This document shows positions 51,517 through 61,476 of a DNA stretch of 64,000 nt, piece after piece. Each line of letters opens with the position of its first letter. Position 1 is the first letter of the stretch. The stretch is from Thermoplasmata archaeon (GTDB lineage Archaea; Thermoplasmatota; Thermoplasmata; Lutacidiplasmatales; UBA184), in contig JAKAWX010000001.1 of the NCBI GenBank assembly GCA_021816865.1, forward strand, positions 40,794-104,793, read 5' to 3'. Under the pieces are notes generated by a model. That model did not search any database and was not told the origin of the DNA. It saw nothing but the letters and a program-made list of their open reading frames with translations. The position numbers and the translations under genes were made by a program.

Positions 51517-53949
51517 ATGGAACCTCGAGGCGAACGCAACGCGTTCGGGGCCCCGGGGATGCCGCCGCGCTGGTCGCACAGCAACAAGGAGGGCGTCGGG
51601 ACCGCCTACTCCGCCGATTCTCGGCTATGGTTCACCGTCTGGCGGGGGATCGTCACCGAGGTCTACTTTCCCCGAATCGACCGACCGCAGCTGCGCGACC
51701 TTGAGTTCCTGGTGACCGACGGGGAGACGTTCTTCCACGAGGAGAAGCGCCACCTTCCCACGATCACCGAGCGGCCCGCCGACCACGCCCTCGCCTACGA
51801 GACCCGGGCGGACGACCCCGAAGGCCGCTATCGCCTCCGCAAGTCGGTGATCGGCGACCCCCACCTTCCCTGCCTTCTGCTGCACACGCGCTTCGAGGTC
51901 CTGCGGCCCGAGCTCGAGCACCGGCTGCGCCTCTTCGTCCTGGCGGCCCCCCACCTCGACGTCTCGGGATGGGGGAACACGGCGACCGTCTACGACATCC
52001 TCGGGCAGCCGGTCCTCACCGCGGAGCACAACGGCGTCGCCCTCGCGCTCGCGAGCCGGCGTCCGTTCGTCCGCTCCTCGGTCGGCTACGTCGGGGCGAG
52101 CGACGGGTGGACCGACCTCGCCCAGCATCGGTCGCTCGCCTGGGAGTTCGACCGTGCCTCGAACGGCAACGTCGCGCTGACGGGGGAGATCCCGCACGAC
52201 GGACGGTCCTCGTTCACGCTCGGGCTCGCCTTCGGCGAGTCGGTGCCGGCCGCCGTGACGACGCTCTTCCAGTCGTTGAGCACGCCGTTCGAGGTCCACC
52301 ACCGCCGGTTCGTCGAGCAGTGGAACCGTTCGGCGATGCACGCGCTCCCGATCGACCGCGCCGCGCACGACCGGGGTCGCCTCTATCGCGCCAGCCGGTC
52401 GATCCTCCTCGCCCACGAGGACAAGGTCTTTCCGGGCGCCTTCATCGCGTCGCTCTCGATCCCGTGGGGTGCTTCGAAGGGAGACGAGGACCCGGGCGGC
52501 TACCACCTCGTCTGGACCCGGGACCTCGTACACACCGCCACGGCGCTCCTCGCCACGGGGAACATCGAGGCCCCCTTGCGGGCGCTCGTCTACCTCGCCA
52601 CACGCCAGCGACCCGACGGGGGGTTCCCTCAGAACTTCTGGGTCGACGGGACGCCGTACTGGCAGGGGATCCAGCTCGACGAGGTGGCGCTCCCGATCCT
52701 CCTGGCCGCGCGCCTACGTGCGGCGGGAGCCCTCGAGCAGTTCGACCCTCACCCGATGGTCCATCGGGCGGCGCGCTTCCTCATCGAGCACGGCCCCGCG
52801 ACCCAGGAGGACCGCTGGGAGGAGGTCGGGGGGTACTCGCCGTCCACGCTGGCCGCGTGCATCGCCGCGCTGACGGTCGTCGCCCATTTCGCGCGCGAGC
52901 GAGGCGACGCGACGACCGCGACGTTCGTCCAGGAGTACGCGGACTTCCTCGAAGCGAAGGTCGACCCTTGGACCACGACCCCGCGCGGCTCGCTGGTCGA
53001 CGGGGTGCCCCGGCACTACGTGCGCCTTCGTCCGGTCGCGGTCGACGACGTGGAGCCGGACGAAGGCCCCGACCTCGGGCTTCTCGCCCTCCCGAACCTC
53101 CCGCCCGGGGTGCCGAACGTCTTCCCCGCGAGCGAGGTCGTCGACGGCGGGTTCCTCGACCTCGTCCGCTACGGGATCCGACGGGCCGACGACCCGCTGG
53201 TCCGGGCGTCCGTCCGGGTGGTCGACGAGGTGCTGCGGGTCGAGACGCCGTTCGGGCCGGTCTGGCGGCGGTACAACCACGACGGGTACGGCCAACGGGA
53301 CGATGGGGGGCCGTTCGCCCGCTGGGGGGTCGGGCGGGGCTGGCCGCTCCTCACCGGCGAGCGGGGGATGTACGAGCTCGCGCTCGGACAGGACCCGGGG
53401 CCGTACCTCCGCGCCCTCGAACGGTTCGCGACCCCGACCGGGCTCCTCACCGAGCAGGTCTGGGACGCGGCCGACCGCCCGGCCCTCCACCTCGCCCTCG
53501 GCCGCCCGACCGAGGCCGCGATGCCCCTCGTCTGGGCGCACGCGGAGTACCTGACGCTCCTGCGCTCGGCCGCCGACGGGCAGGTCTTCGACCGCATCCC
53601 CGAGGTCACCGACCGCTACGTCCTCGACCGCCAAACCCGCTCGCCGCTCGAGGTGTGGAAGTTCAACCGGCGGCCGCGCACGATCGACCCGGGGGCTCGG
53701 CTGAGGGTGATCGCCGCCCAGCCGTTCCGACTGCACGCGAGCGACGACGGCTGGCGCAGCGCGATCGACGTCGACTCGACCGAGACGTCGCTCGGCCTCC
53801 ACTTCGCGGACCTCGCCGCGCTCGGCTCCGCCGGGCGGTCGTGGACGTTCACGTTCTTCTGGCCGCTCGCGGACCGCTGGGAGGGTGGGGACTACTCGAC
53901 GGTCGCGACCGAGCTCCCCGCGGCACCGGGCGACGTCACTCGACCCTGA
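51517..53949 (+). CDS. GH15 glucoamylase/glucodextranase
   Basis: GIVTEVYFP, IASLSIPWG, GYHLVWTRD, QLDE, DRWEE, RYNHDGYG, EQVWD, PLVWAHAEY. Confidence 0.93.
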   Translation: MEPRGERNAFGAPGMPPRWSHSNKEGVGTAYSADSRLWFTVWRGIVTEVYFPRIDRPQLRDLEFLVTDGETFFHEEKRHLPTITERPADHALAYETRADDPEGRYRLRKSVIGDPHLPCLLLHTRFEVLRPELEHRLRLFVLAAPHLDVSGWGNTATVYDILGQPVLTAEHNGVALALASRRPFVRSSVGYVGASDGWTDLAQHRSLAWEFDRASNGNVALTGEIPHDGRSSFTLGLAFGESVPAAVTTLFQSLSTPFEVHHRRFVEQWNRSAMHALPIDRAAHDRGRLYRASRSILLAHEDKVFPGAFIASLSIPWGASKGDEDPGGYHLVWTRDLVHTATALLATGNIEAPLRALVYLATRQRPDGGFPQNFWVDGTPYWQGIQLDEVALPILLAARLRAAGALEQFDPHPMVHRAARFLIEHGPATQEDRWEEVGGYSPSTLAACIAALTVVAHFARERGDATTATFVQEYADFLEAKVDPWTTTPRGSLVDGVPRHYVRLRPVAVDDVEPDEGPDLGLLALPNLPPGVPNVFPASEVVDGGFLDLVRYGIRRADDPLVRASVRVVDEVLRVETPFGPVWRRYNHDGYGQRDDGGPFARWGVGRGWPLLTGERGMYELALGQDPGPYLRALERFATPTGLLTEQVWDAADRPALHLALGRPTEAAMPLVWAHAEYLTLLRSAADGQVFDRIPEVTDRYVLDRQTRSPLEVWKFNRRPRTIDPGARLRVIAAQPFRLHASDDGWRSAIDVDSTETSLGLHFADLAALGSAGRSWTFTFFWPLADRWEGGDYSTVATELPAAPGDVTRP

Positions 53950-54703
53950 GCCACCGCGCCGAGACGTAGTAGCCGATCGCGAGCATCCCGACCGCGAAGA
54001 TGCCGAGGTAACCGAGATACTCCCACGGGATGGGCCGCCCGAGCACGAAACTGCGCCCGAGGAGGGCGCTGAACGTGATCGGGTTGACGTCCGAGATCGC
54101 CTGCATCCACGCCGGGAACTGACTCGAGGAGAACAGCGAGGCGCTCGCGAACATGAGCGGCATCGTGATGAAGTTCGAGACGACGCCCGGCGTCTGCCAG
54201 TCGGTCGACGGCGCCGTGACGGCCAGGAAGAGGCTCGAAAAGCCGATCGCGAGGCAGAAGAGGCCGGCGATCCACGCCGCCCACTCGAGGGGCGAGAGGC
54301 CGAACGACACGCCGAACGCGACGGCGGCCACCACCATGACGGGGATCTGGACGAGCCCCCGGGTCGCCGACCCGAGCGCCTTCGAGAGGAAGATGATCTC
54401 CTTCGACGTCGGCGTGATCAGGATCCGCTTCATGAAACCGAAGCGCTTGTCCTGGATCGTGCTCATCGAGCCGAACATCCCGACCGAGAGCATCGAGGTC
54501 GAGAGGACGCCCGGCAAGAGGAACTCGATGTAGTTCGTCGTCCCGAAGAGCCCCTTGAGGTAGATCGGGCTCACGTTGCCGAAGCTCGAGCCGAAGAACG
54601 CGAGCCACATGAACGGCTGGACGACCGTGATGAGCAGGACGAACGGGTTGCGGAAGGTGCGCAGGATCTCCCGGACGTAGAGGCCCCAGAACTGGCTCCT
54701 CAC
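53936..54703 (-). CDS. ABC-2 type exporter permease
   Basis: QPFMWL.FFG, FLLPG, DKRFGF, NPIT; about 6 TM helices; GTG overlaps the ATPase stop. Confidence 0.9.
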   Translation of the reverse strand: MRSQFWGLYVREILRTFRNPFVLLITVVQPFMWLAFFGSSFGNVSPIYLKGLFGTTNYIEFLLPGVLSTSMLSVGMFGSMSTIQDKRFGFMKRILITPTSKEIIFLSKALGSATRGLVQIPVMVVAAVAFGVSFGLSPLEWAAWIAGLFCLAIGFSSLFLAVTAPSTDWQTPGVVSNFITMPLMFASASLFSSSQFPAWMQAISDVNPITFSALLGRSFVLGRPIPWEYLGYLGIFAVGMLAIGYYVSARWLRVE

Positions 54704-55695
54704 TGCCGGGCCCTCCGCATCTGCATGTAGAACTTCCGCACGTCGCGCATCGGTTCGTCCTGTCCGATGCGCCGGCCGGTGAGGTCGAGGAAGACCGTCT
54801 CGAGGCTCGGCTTTTCGACGCTGATGCGACGGATGTGGTCGGTCGGCACCCGGGCGAACAGGCGCGGCAGGAACTCCTCCGACGAGGCGACGCGGACCAC
54901 CCACTCGTTCCCCTGGGACCGCACTTCCTGCACGCCGGGAAGGTCCGAGAGGGCGCGGACGTCCACCCCGTCGGACGTCTCGAGCTCCACCAGGTCCGCC
55001 TTCACGCGCGCCTTGAGCTCCGACGGGCTCCCCTCGGCGATGATCCGGCCCTCGTCGATGATCGCGACGCGGTCGCAGAGCGCGTCGGCCTCCTCGATGT
55101 AGTGCGTCGTGAGGAGGACGGTGACCCCGAACTCCCGGTGGATGCCGGTGACGATGTCCCAGAGCATCCGGCGCGTGCCGACGTCGAGGCCGATCGTCGG
55201 CTCGTCCATGAAGATCACGCTCGGCTGGTGGAGGAGCGCGAGCGCGATCTCGAGCTTCTTGCGCATTCCGGTCGAGTAGTGGCCGACCTTGTCCTGGGCG
55301 CGGTCGGCGAGCGAGAAGTAGTCGAGGAGCTGGTGCGCCCGGTCCTCCCAGCCCGTGAGGGACTGGAGCTTCGCCTGGAGCCAGAGGTTCTCCCAGCCCG
55401 AGAAGTCGTCGTCGAGGATCACCTCGGCCGCGACCCACCCGATGCGGGCGCGGACCTCGAGGGACTGGCGACGGATGTCGAACCCGGCGACGGACCCCTC
55501 GCCGTCGGTGATCTCGCTGATGCCGGTGAGGACCTTGATGAGCGTGGTCTTTCCCGCGCCGTTCGGCCCGAGAAGCCCGAAGACGGTCCCCTTCGCGATG
55601 GAGAGGTTCACTCGGTCGAGGGCGAGCACGCTGCCGTCCCCCGTACCGTAACGCTTCGAGAGCCCGCGGAGCTCGATCGCCGGGGGGTCGGTCAT
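54700..55695 (-). CDS. ABC exporter ATP-binding protein (DrrA-like)
   Basis: GPNGAGKTT, YSTGMRK, FMDEPT, TTHY. Confidence 0.95.
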   Translation of the reverse strand: MTDPPAIELRGLSKRYGTGDGSVLALDRVNLSIAKGTVFGLLGPNGAGKTTLIKVLTGISEITDGEGSVAGFDIRRQSLEVRARIGWVAAEVILDDDFSGWENLWLQAKLQSLTGWEDRAHQLLDYFSLADRAQDKVGHYSTGMRKKLEIALALLHQPSVIFMDEPTIGLDVGTRRMLWDIVTGIHREFGVTVLLTTHYIEEADALCDRVAIIDEGRIIAEGSPSELKARVKADLVELETSDGVDVRALSDLPGVQEVRSQGNEWVVRVASSEEFLPRLFARVPTDHIRRISVEKPSLETVFLDLTGRRIGQDEPMRDVRKFYMQMRRARQ

Positions 55696-56243
55696 GGCCG
55701 CGGCCGGGCGGCGCGGGGGTTCGGTCGGGCCGCTCGCCGTACCGGCGGAGAGATCCTCTCCTCGGCCAGGCGGAGCTCCGTTCGGAGCTGGCGGCGGAGT
55801 TCCGGGCGGAGGCGGCCGGCCGCTGCCTCGCGCGCAAGGAACCGGGTCGCCCCGTCGAGCTGATGCTGCAACCGTCCGAGCAGGAACGCTCCCGGATCCT
55901 CGTGTCCCGCGATCTCGGACCACAGCGGGCCGATGTCCGGGCCCCCCCGGGCCCGCCACGCGATCCCCCGGCGCACGCGAGCGAGGAATGCCCGCCCCTC
56001 TCGGGTGATGCGGTAGACGCGCCGCCGCCCACGGTCGCTCGGGTGGGCCAGGTGGCGGGCGCGAAGCGACTCGAGCGCGGGGTAGATCGCACCGGCGCCG
56101 GGCCTCCAGGAACCGTCGGTCCGCTGGGCGATGCGTTCCGCCAGCTGATACCCGTAGAGGGGGCCCTCCCGTTCCATGACCGCGAGGGCGTAGAGACCGA
56201 CGATCCGGCCCGGGGACGGGCCGGGAGCAGGACGCTCGGGCAT
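55692..56243 (-). CDS. PadR-family transcriptional regulator
   Basis: YGYQL, W.PGAGAIYPAL, RRVYRIT..G. Confidence 0.9.
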   Translation of the reverse strand: MPERPAPGPSPGRIVGLYALAVMEREGPLYGYQLAERIAQRTDGSWRPGAGAIYPALESLRARHLAHPSDRGRRRVYRITREGRAFLARVRRGIAWRARGGPDIGPLWSEIAGHEDPGAFLLGRLQHQLDGATRFLAREAAAGRLRPELRRQLRTELRLAEERISPPVRRAARPNPRAARPRP

Positions 56244-56257
56244 ACTATCGGGTTATG

Positions 56258-56271
56258 TATCGAATTCGATA
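56258..56271. promoter_or_regulatory. Probable PadR operator palindrome
   Basis: Perfect 14-bp TATCGAATTCGATA 15-28 nt upstream of padR, overlapping the TATA region. Confidence 0.65.
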
Positions 56272-56398
56272 TAACGCTTCTCGGGCGAATCTTCGGATCC
56301 GTGGGCCGACGCCGACGCGGTCCCCAGGGAGAGTGGGCCCGCGACCGCGTCGGTCCCGGGCGACGAGGCCGGAACGCCGCCAAGGCGCTGCATCCGGT

Positions 56399-57409
56399 CT
56401 ACCGGAGCCGGGTGAGGTCCAGCGTCGCGGCGTGGAGCGGCTGGGACCCCACCCCTCGCGCGACCGCCTGACGGAGACCGAGCGGCCGGAGCGGACGGCG
56501 GGCGAGGGCGCGGTCGAGGGCTTCGTCGAACGAGAGAAGGGTGAGAGGGATCCATCGGCGGATCTCGTTCTCGCGACAAACGACCTCCGTCGCCATGCCC
56601 TCGACCAGGAACCGGGCGACGTTCGCGGGCACCTCGGTGATGAACCCGACCCAGTGCGCCGAGAGGCCGGGCGTCAGCCACGGCAGGATCACAAGTCGCG
56701 AGCGGCGGCCCAGCCGGTCGCCGACCCGGTTCAAAAGCTCGTAGTACGGCAGCACGTCCGGTCCCCCGACGTCGAACGCGCGACCGATCGTCTCGGGCAC
56801 GGTGAGGGATCGGACCAGGTAGGCGACCAGGTCGTCGAGCGCGATCGGCTGGCACCGGGTCCGGATCCACCTCGGACAGAGCATGCCCGGCAGCCGTTCG
56901 ACGAGCTGGACCAGCATCTCGAACGAGGCTCCCCCGGCCCCGACGACGATCGCCGCCCGGAACGTCGTGAGGCGGGGTCGTCCCGACGCGAGGATCCGAG
57001 CGACCTCCCGTCGGCTCTCGAGGTGCGGCGACCGCCCTGGGGTGTCGTCCCCCAACCCCCCCACGTAGACGATCCGTTCGACCCCGGCCTCGTCGGCCGC
57101 ACGGAGGAGGTTCGCCGCCGCGACCCGGTCCCGAACCGCGAACGACCCCGTCCGGTCCGAGGAACCCATCGCATGCGCGAGGTAGTAGACGGTCCGGATC
57201 CCCCGGAGCGCCGGCGGAAGGGTCGCGGGCTCGAGCAGGTCCCCGACGACCCACTCCGTTCCGGCCGGGGGCGATGCCGGAGCCCGGCCCAAGGCTCGCA
57301 CGAACCCGCGGACGCGATGCCCCTCGCGCGCGAGCTGTTCCGTGAGCGCTCGACCCACGAAACCCGTGGCCCCCACGAGGAGGAGTTCCGCGCCGCTCGT
57401 CCGGCCCAT
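56399..57409 (-). CDS. Atypical SDR/NAD(P)H-binding protein (YbjT-like)
   Basis: GATGFVG, YYLAHAM, SPHLESRREV, GAGGASFE, QPIA. Confidence 0.9.
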   Translation of the reverse strand: MGRTSGAELLLVGATGFVGRALTEQLAREGHRVRGFVRALGRAPASPPAGTEWVVGDLLEPATLPPALRGIRTVYYLAHAMGSSDRTGSFAVRDRVAAANLLRAADEAGVERIVYVGGLGDDTPGRSPHLESRREVARILASGRPRLTTFRAAIVVGAGGASFEMLVQLVERLPGMLCPRWIRTRCQPIALDDLVAYLVRSLTVPETIGRAFDVGGPDVLPYYELLNRVGDRLGRRSRLVILPWLTPGLSAHWVGFITEVPANVARFLVEGMATEVVCRENEIRRWIPLTLLSFDEALDRALARRPLRPLGLRQAVARGVGSQPLHAATLDLTRLR

Positions 57410-57599
57410 GGGACTCGCCATGGTCGGCGAAGGAAAATCGCGCTATAGGAAAGCGGGACCCCTACGTCGTTCCGGGGTCCCCTCGGCGCCCGGGGGCGGA
57501 GTCGCGGAGGCGAGCCAGAAACGACGCCGTATCCATCCTCCGCCGACAACCTTCATCCGACAGAAGGCCCTGCGCCTTGGTTTGACCGGTGATCGTCCC

Positions 57600-59630
57600 A
57601 TGTCGGAGAGAGCCCGGGAGTTCGTGCGGGGTCGGGCCCGGTACGTCGATGACCTGCGGTTCCCCGAGATGCTCCACCTGAGGATCGTGCGCAGCATCTA
57701 CGCCCGGGCCCGGGTGCTAGGCGTTCGCGGAGCGATCGACGGCCACGAGCTGAAGGCGATTTTGCCGGCGAGCGGCGAGGGAGCTGGATCCGGGCCCATC
57801 GGGGTGAGCGAGCCGGCCCTCGCCCAAGGAGAGGTCCAGTACTTCGGACAGGCGGTGGGCGCGGTTGTCGCCCCCACCGTCGAGAAGGCCGAGGACCTGC
57901 TCGCCTCGGTCGAGGTCGACTACGAGCCGCTGACGCCCGTGCCGGATCTGCGCGCGGCTCGGTCGTCCCCTCCGATCCATGCAACCCTTCCATCGAACGT
58001 GATGGCCGAGTACGCGCTCGGCCCGCCGTTCGAGCCGCCGGCCGCACCGCTGGTTCTCGAGGACGAGTTCCACGTCGCCCGCGTGGCCGCGAACCCCCTC
58101 GAAACGAGGGGCGCGGTGGCGCGATTCGAATCCGGCCGGCTCACCGTCCACGCTTCGACGCAGTCCGTCTTCTCGGTCCGAGCCGGGCTCGCGACCGCCC
58201 TTGGCCTCGCCCCCGAGAACGTCCGTGTCCAAGAGGCCGACACCGGGGGAGCGTTCGGGTCCAAAGGCTCCCTCTACCCCGAGCACGTCATCGCCGCCTA
58301 CGTCGCAATGAAGACCGGCCGGCCGGTGAAGTGGGTGGAGACGCGAACGGAGCATCTCACCTCCTCCCGGCACGGGCGCGGCGCCGAGGCCCGCTTGCGC
58401 CTCTACGCCGAGCGGGACGGGACGATCCGGGCCCTCGAGGGCGACGTGGCGGTCGACGGAGGAGCGTATTTTGCCGGACTGAACGCGTTCTCGCCGCGAT
58501 TCATCGGCTTCCAGCTGACCGGCCCCTACGCGATCGAACGGGCGCACGTCCGGACGAAGGCGTTCTACACCAACCGGGTTCCGCTCGGACCCTACCGGGG
58601 CGCGGGCCGGCCCGAGGCCGCGTACTTCCTCGAACGAATGCTCGACCGCCTCGGGGACGAGACCGGGCTCGACGCGCTCGAGGTCCGTCGCCGCAACGCG
58701 ACCGCCGGACCGTTCCGCTCGCCCCTCGGCCTCGAGGTGGAGGCGACCCGGCCGTTCCTCGAGGAGGCCGCTTCCGCGCTCTCGTACGATGGGCGCCCGG
58801 CACCCGGGGTCGGCTTCTCGTTCTTCGTTCTCGTCCCGGCGTTCGGACCCGGCGAGGGCGCACGGCTGAAAGTTGAGGAGGGTCGCCTCCACGTTTGGGT
58901 CGGCTCCCACGACCACGGCCAGGATCACGGAGCGTGGCTCCGAGGTCTGCTCGTATCCGAGCTCGCCGTCCCCGAGGAGTCGATCGTGCTCGAGCGCGGC
59001 GACACGGACGCCCTCGACCGGGGGGTCGGAACGTGGGGGAGCCGCTCGGCGATGGTGGGCGCGGCGGCGGTGTGGAGCGCGGCACGGAAACTGCGCGCCT
59101 CCGTCGAATCCGAGAAGGGGCTGTACGACGTCCGGTACCTGCTCGACGGCCACGGGGACGTCACCGTGTTCGAGCCGCAGACCGGTCAATCGAACGCGCT
59201 CGGTGCGAATCTCGTGTGGGCGCACGCGGCCCCTTCGGGGGCGATCGAGGTTCGCGAGGTTCGGGCGTACTACGATGTCGGTCGAGCGCTCGATCGGTCG
59301 GCGATCGAGGCGCAGGTGGTGGGAGGCACCCTTCAGGCGGTCGGACAAACGCTCGGCGAGGAGATCGCGTACGACGACGCCGGCCAGGTCCGAACGATGA
59401 GCCTGGGCGACGCGGGGGTCGTCTCCGCGGCATCCGGCGTGCCGACGGTGGTCGGGATCGCCGAGCACCCCTCCCGTCTTCCGCACGGGGCTAAGGGCGT
59501 CGGCGAGGCGCCCACGATCGGAGTCCCACCGGCACTCGTGCGGGCCATAGAGACCGACACCGGCCGACGCTGGACGGACCTTCCCCTGCGCTCCCACGAC
59601 GTCTACCTGCGGCGCCCGGCCCGGCCGTGA
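57600..59630 (+). CDS. Stand-alone xanthine-oxidase-family Mo subunit (CutA/CoxL form II-like)
   Basis: G.ARYVDD, GGAFGSK, PYRGAGRPEA, GTWGSRS, GAKGVGE. Confidence 0.85.
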   Translation: MSERAREFVRGRARYVDDLRFPEMLHLRIVRSIYARARVLGVRGAIDGHELKAILPASGEGAGSGPIGVSEPALAQGEVQYFGQAVGAVVAPTVEKAEDLLASVEVDYEPLTPVPDLRAARSSPPIHATLPSNVMAEYALGPPFEPPAAPLVLEDEFHVARVAANPLETRGAVARFESGRLTVHASTQSVFSVRAGLATALGLAPENVRVQEADTGGAFGSKGSLYPEHVIAAYVAMKTGRPVKWVETRTEHLTSSRHGRGAEARLRLYAERDGTIRALEGDVAVDGGAYFAGLNAFSPRFIGFQLTGPYAIERAHVRTKAFYTNRVPLGPYRGAGRPEAAYFLERMLDRLGDETGLDALEVRRRNATAGPFRSPLGLEVEATRPFLEEAASALSYDGRPAPGVGFSFFVLVPAFGPGEGARLKVEEGRLHVWVGSHDHGQDHGAWLRGLLVSELAVPEESIVLERGDTDALDRGVGTWGSRSAMVGAAAVWSAARKLRASVESEKGLYDVRYLLDGHGDVTVFEPQTGQSNALGANLVWAHAAPSGAIEVREVRAYYDVGRALDRSAIEAQVVGGTLQAVGQTLGEEIAYDDAGQVRTMSLGDAGVVSAASGVPTVVGIAEHPSRLPHGAKGVGEAPTIGVPPALVRAIETDTGRRWTDLPLRSHDVYLRRPARP

Positions 59631-59682
59631 GCGGCCCTCGCCGCTCGATCGAGCGAGCCGGTCGGACGTCCCGGTCGGTCCG

Positions 59683-60138
59683 TCAGGCCTTCCCCGGCAC
59701 CGGGGCGGGCGGGATCTCGCCGGGCAGCGACTCCTTCTCGAACTCGTGGTCCTCCCACATGTCGTAAGCGATCGCGGCCGCCGCGACCTGGGTGATGATC
59801 GCGAGGGCGTTGACGGCGTGGAAGATCAGGATCAACCGGAAGACCGAGAAGTTGAGCCACGGCACGTTCCAGCCGCTACCGAAATCGACCCAGAGCAGGC
59901 CGCCGGTCACCAGCATGACGATCGACAGCCCGAACGTGGCGTTGGCGATCCGCTTCACGCGCCCCGGGACCCGGCTGTCGCGGAGCTGGCGGAGACTGTT
60001 GTAGACGACGCCGACGATGGCAACACCAAGGAGGAGATGTAAGTACGGAACGGAGGCCGGGGGGTCCGGCCACATCCCGAGGAGAATCTCGAAGAACACG
60101 ATCCAGATGCTCGCGTACACCGCCGCCCAGAGCCGCAT
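59683..60138 (-). CDS. Four-TM membrane protein
   Basis: Four hydrophobic helices, two containing His; C-terminal AYDMWEDHEF. Confidence 0.75.
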   Translation of the reverse strand: MRLWAAVYASIWIVFFEILLGMWPDPPASVPYLHLLLGVAIVGVVYNSLRQLRDSRVPGRVKRIANATFGLSIVMLVTGGLLWVDFGSGWNVPWLNFSVFRLILIFHAVNALAIITQVAAAAIAYDMWEDHEFEKESLPGEIPPAPVPGKA

Positions 60139-60977
60139 CGATCCCGTCCCTCCGAAGACGGGCGGAGGCACCGCCCACCTGACGGCGCGAAGAACGGACG
60201 GACCAGGTATGTACCCTCGGTCAACCCGGGCCCACCAGCTCTGTCGCCGCCTGCCAGGGATGCCGCGAGTACGGCGCCGGGCCGGGGCCTGTACGTGGGC
60301 TTGTGCGCGACGGGGCCGGTGGCGAGCGCCCGCTATCCACCCGGCACCGCTCTACCGTGGAATCCCCCACCCTCTGCCCACCGGGCCCAGGGACCCGAGG
60401 AAGAACTCGGGGCCACGGGCCCGCGATCGGCCCCTTCGGCGGTACCCTCGTCGGCCACTTCGCGGGAGCCAAGCTTCACCCGTCGGACCCTGGCGAGCCG
60501 GAGGGACAGCACGGATTCTCGGGACGACGGCCGTGGTGCTTGCTCTCGTAGGTCGTGACCGAGCGCGACCGCCCGCACCCGTAGGGGGTGGGCCCGGAGG
60601 AGCCGGCGTGGTAGGGGGGTGAGTGGCTCTCGCTCGCAGATCACAAGTCATCTTGAGGGTGCCCGCCTCGTTCGCTGGATCGGACCCGGTGAGCCGACCG
60701 CATCCGTGAGCCCGATGGCGTCCGGACCTCAACCGGTCGCCACGGCCGTCGAGACGGTCGGAGCGAGGCGCAAACCACCGTTCTCCCCCCCACACTCGGC
60801 GGGGAAGCACGGGAGTCGGCCCGGCGGACGTGATACGCGAACTTCGCGACCGATGCGCAGAGGAAACGACCCTACCTCCGAGGATCGAGGCGCGAGGTAG
60901 CCGAGGCCGAGCCGAACAGCGGGACCTTATCACCCTCCCGAAGCTGAACCTTCGTACGGAGACCCGAGGAGATCCTC

Positions 60978-61097
60978 ATGACCAAGACCCCCATACGGCG
61001 TCCGTCCCCGGCCGGAAAGAAACGACATCATAAGGTGCGCCAGCGAAGGATCTCGGCTCGACGCCGCCAAGTCCGGCTCGGTGGCGGGCGGCGCTGA
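60978..61097 (+). CDS. 39-aa Arg/Lys-rich small protein
   Basis: GAGGAG RBS and CCTTATC TATA-like element upstream; translates to MTKTPIRRPSPAGKKRHHKVRQRRISARRRQVRLGGGRR. Confidence 0.55.
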   Translation: MTKTPIRRPSPAGKKRHHKVRQRRISARRRQVRLGGGRR

Positions 61098-61476
61098 GAC
61101 CGGGGCGACCGTCGGGGTTGAGTCCCCTCACCGTGCTTCCCGAGGCGAGGGTGAGGCGCGGGAGGGGTCTTCGGACCATGACCGGCCTCTTACGGCCGAC
61201 ACGGTCTGAGGGGAAGGTGGCCCGCCGTGCGACGCAGCCCCTTCGGATCGGGAACGACTTCTCCCCCCGAATGTTGGGGGTGAGTGTTCGCCCGGACCAC
61301 CCCCGAGCAGCCCTCAGGAGTGTTCCCGAAGTAGGGGGAGCCCCGCCGGCGGCGTACTCGCCTCGCGGTGTGGGCCGAGGTTCTGGGCGTCCGTCCGACG
61401 CACGTGCTCAGGAGTATCTTGAGAGTATCTTCGGCAACCATTCTTACGCCGGCGGGTCCTAGATGACTAGGAGCGG

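Noticed and set aside
57600..59630. Form I aerobic CO dehydrogenase CoxL
   Set aside because: The active-site loop is PYRGAGR, not AYxCSFR.
60619..60900. ORFs 60619-60900 and 61118-61462
   Set aside because: No motifs, atypical codon usage and no clear start signals.
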